From a virus, in IMG/VR virus record IMGVR_UViG_3300043446_004346, positions 1-14,072 of that record: a DNA stretch of 14,072 nt; one strand, written 5' to 3'. Of the stretch, positions 12,469 to 14,072 are shown one piece after another; positions within the stretch are counted from its first letter, which is position 1; every line of letters starts with the position of its first letter. Both the position numbers and the translations under genes were made by a program. The notes under the pieces are model-generated. The model saw only the letters and a list, made by a program, of their open reading frames with translations, ran no database searches and was not told the DNA's origin.

Positions 12469-12866
12469 TTATATAACTTTCTTATAATAGTAAGTTTGTT
12501 TCCTGTGTTTACCAAATTGGTAAAAATAATATCGTATTGTGTAGTATCTATTTCACCAATATTTCCTTGAATTCTCAAAGATTGATTAGGTACTAACAAA
12601 ATACCTTCTACAGTTAAATTAGTAGTTCCAGTATTTATAAACGAAATTTCGTTACAATCACTGCTAACTTTTTGTGAAGTATAAAAGTCTTTTACTTCAA
12701 TATAATATTTTTGAAATGCTCTGCCAGTTGATGCACTTGTTGTATTAATTCGTGCATATTCCTGCCTCCATTGCTCTTGCTTTGTTTTTCCATAATCAGG
12801 AAAACTAGCTTTAATTTTTTCCTGCTTATCCATAACCTGTACTTTCAAATGCTGAACTTTTGCCAT
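12465..12866 (-). CDS. Beta-rich protein (133 aa) directly upstream of the spike; candidate vertex, penton or spike-adaptor protein
   Basis: ATGA overlap with the spike gene. The C-terminal half is beta-like (ISFINTGTTNLTVEGILLVPNQSLRIQGNIGEIDTTQYDIIF). The function is inferred from position only. Confidence 0.6.
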   Translation of the reverse strand: MAKVQHLKVQVMDKQEKIKASFPDYGKTKQEQWRQEYARINTTSASTGRAFQKYYIEVKDFYTSQKVSSDCNEISFINTGTTNLTVEGILLVPNQSLRIQGNIGEIDTTQYDIIFTNLVNTGNKLTIIRKLYK

Positions 12867-12877
12867 AGTATTTTATT

Positions 12878-13774
12878 TTATCCGTAAATAGGAAATTCCC
12901 CAACTTTTTTTCCTTTTGCTGCAATTGGTAGTGGTTTTTTAACTACTGATGCTGCCTTTACAACTGGTTTTGCTGCAACTGGTATTGGTTTTGGTGCAAT
13001 AAAAGTTGATGCTGCCTTTGCAACAGGTTTTGGTGCAACTATATTAACAGGTGCAATTGCTTTTGGTACTGGTTTTGCAACTGTTTTTGGTGCAACTGCT
13101 TTTGTTATTGATGCAGGTACACTAGGTTTTTTTGCAACTGGTAGTGGTTTTGCTGCTACTGGTGCAGTTTTTTTTACTACTGGTGCAGGTTTCTTTGCAA
13201 CTGGCACTGGTTTTTTTGTTGCAACTGCTTTTGTTATTAATGCAGGTACACTAGGTTTTTTTGCAACTGGTAGTGGTTTTGCTGCTACTGGTGCATGTTT
13301 TTTTATTACTGGTGCAGGTTTTTTTGCAACTGGTGATACTTCCTTTTTTAATATTTTTTGCGGTTCTGCCTTTTTAATTGTAGGCGGTACAATATTAACT
13401 GGTTGTTGTCCAGTTGAAAGTTTTTTAATTGCTTGTTCAATTGGTGCAACTGGTTTTGTTGCTTTTGCTTTTTTTCTTTTTACCTTTTGACCACTAGGAA
13501 GGGTTACAGTTTCAACTTCTTCCGATACTGGACTGATCATTTGTTCAATAACTTGTTGTGGTGCTTTTTCAACAACTTTTGGTGCAATATAATCAACTTG
13601 TGCCTGTTGTACTGGTGCAGTTGTTTCTGCGACTTCTGTTAATTTTTTAAATTCACCTTCAGTTAATTTTTCAGGTGTAGGTACAATAACTTTACCTTTT
13701 GGCTTTTTCTTAAAAGCAAATAATGCAAGTGCTGCACCACCAAGCAATAATAAAGGCAAATAATTTTTTTTCAT
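12878..13774 (-). CDS. N-terminally anchored Pro/Lys/Ala/Val-rich repeat protein (298 aa)
   Basis: TM LPLLLLGGAALALFAF followed by KKPAPV / AAKPLPVAKKPSVP periodic repeats, including a 43-aa tandem duplication. It is polycationic and extended, similar to TonB spacers or AlgP / H1 tails. Confidence 0.75.
   Translation of the reverse strand: MKKNYLPLLLLGGAALALFAFKKKPKGKVIVPTPEKLTEGEFKKLTEVAETTAPVQQAQVDYIAPKVVEKAPQQVIEQMISPVSEEVETVTLPSGQKVKRKKAKATKPVAPIEQAIKKLSTGQQPVNIVPPTIKKAEPQKILKKEVSPVAKKPAPVIKKHAPVAAKPLPVAKKPSVPALITKAVATKKPVPVAKKPAPVVKKTAPVAAKPLPVAKKPSVPASITKAVAPKTVAKPVPKAIAPVNIVAPKPVAKAASTFIAPKPIPVAAKPVVKAASVVKKPLPIAAKGKKVGEFPIYG
13092..13333. repeat. Tandem direct repeat, period 129 nt (13092..13204 and 13221..13333 are near-identical)
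   Basis: gcaactgcttttgttatt(g/a)atgcaggtacactaggtttttttgcaactggtagtggttttgctgctactggtgca... read directly in both copies. Confidence 0.9.
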
Positions 13775-14072
13775 TTTCTTTTTATTAATTCTTTAATAAC
13801 AATAATCCCAAAAATATAGATCAATACTATTTTACCGTATTTATCAAAATAGTATGAAAATGCACCTTTCTGCTCTATTAATTGTTTTTCAGTTTCCTGC
13901 TTTTGTTTTTCTGCAATTATTTTAATATCACTGGTAAATTTGAATGCGTCAGGTTCATATTTAATATAATAATAACCACCACCGTATCTATTAAACATTA
14001 AATAAATACCATCTGCCCTTTGTAGATACGAAAAAGGTCTGCCTACACTTGATCCTGACTGAAAAGTAAATA
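13771..14072 (-). CDS. C-terminal part of the junction-spanning 132-aa ORF with a C-terminal TM anchor (IVLIYIFGIIVI); the track shows only 13771..13998
   Basis: The frame stays open upstream of the tracked Met (..FTFQSGSSVGRPFSYLQRADGIYLMFNRYGGGYYY..) to the window end and continues at 128..224. Confidence 0.7.
   Translation of the reverse strand, partial: FTFQSGSSVGRPFSYLQRADGIYLMFNRYGGGYYYIKYEPDAFKFTSDIKIIAEKQKQETEKQLIEQKGAFSYYFDKYGKIVLIYIFGIIVIKELIKRK
13946..14072. repeat. Terminal overlap, copy B (identical to 1..127)
   Basis: Same 127-nt string as 1..127. An ORF reads through the junction in frame only if the molecule is circularised. Confidence 0.95.

Noticed and set aside
266-13642. 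All plus-strand track ORFs (266..544, 750..953, 2370..2558, 2467..2685, 2956..3267, 3916..4110, 4407..4631, 4695..5045, 6968..7153, 11471..11695, 13433..13642)
   Set aside because: Each lies wholly antisense inside a longer, better-supported minus-strand gene. Their translations are low-complexity mirror images (poly-S, poly-F, C/F/L-rich). None has its own intergenic space, start context or recognisable motif.
1-14072. tRNA, rRNA, CRISPR arrays, transposase or integrase genes
   Set aside because: No cloverleaf-like GC-rich segments, no spaced direct repeats and no ORFs with integrase or transposase signatures were seen on either strand.

Overview
The first 127 nt (1..127) are identical to the last 127 nt (13946..14072). 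The window is therefore one complete circular replicon of 13,945 bp plus an assembly overlap. It is AT-rich, very tightly packed, and every credible gene lies on the minus strand. I read it as a small virus genome with two transcription units.

(1) An early or replication unit runs from about 7846 down to about 5292. It has a candidate Bacteroidota-type promoter, two hydrophobic micro-ORFs, several small ORFs including a zinc ribbon, a RecA-fold RepA/DnaB-like ATPase with a C-terminal wHTH, a 63-aa ORF and an intrinsic terminator.

(2) A late structural and lysis unit runs from about 5108 down through position 1, wraps to 14072, and ends at about 7850. In order it encodes:
- a membrane-anchored LEA_2-like protein
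- a papain-fold (transglutaminase-like) cysteine peptidase with C-terminal membrane anchors
- a Lys-rich histone-like protein
- an Arg-rich membrane protein
- two adjacent beta-rich capsid candidates (222 and 141 aa)
- an acidic coiled-coil protein
- a Pro/Lys/Ala-rich repeat protein
- a 133-aa beta-rich protein
- a 1107-aa spike or fibre ending in an S74 intramolecular-chaperone domain
- a lysis cassette: a 2-TM protein, a 53-aa holin-like ORF missing from the track, and a GH24 lysozyme with an N-terminal signal anchor, followed by a terminator

I cannot recognise a terminase, portal, HK97-type capsid, tail, integrase, polymerase or HUH Rep. This gene set, together with many small membrane proteins inside the structural block, suggests a tailless, internal-membrane, jelly-roll-type phage of a Bacteroidota host from an undescribed lineage. 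That is inference and needs structure and HMM checks.

The main non-coding signals are:
- an origin-like hub at 5115..5260 (A11 tract, TGACC/GGTCA iterons, GC-topped 11-13 bp hairpin)
- a conserved 16-20 nt motif in four intergenic copies, one of them inverted
- a plus-strand-oriented terminator hairpin that hints at an antisense RNA
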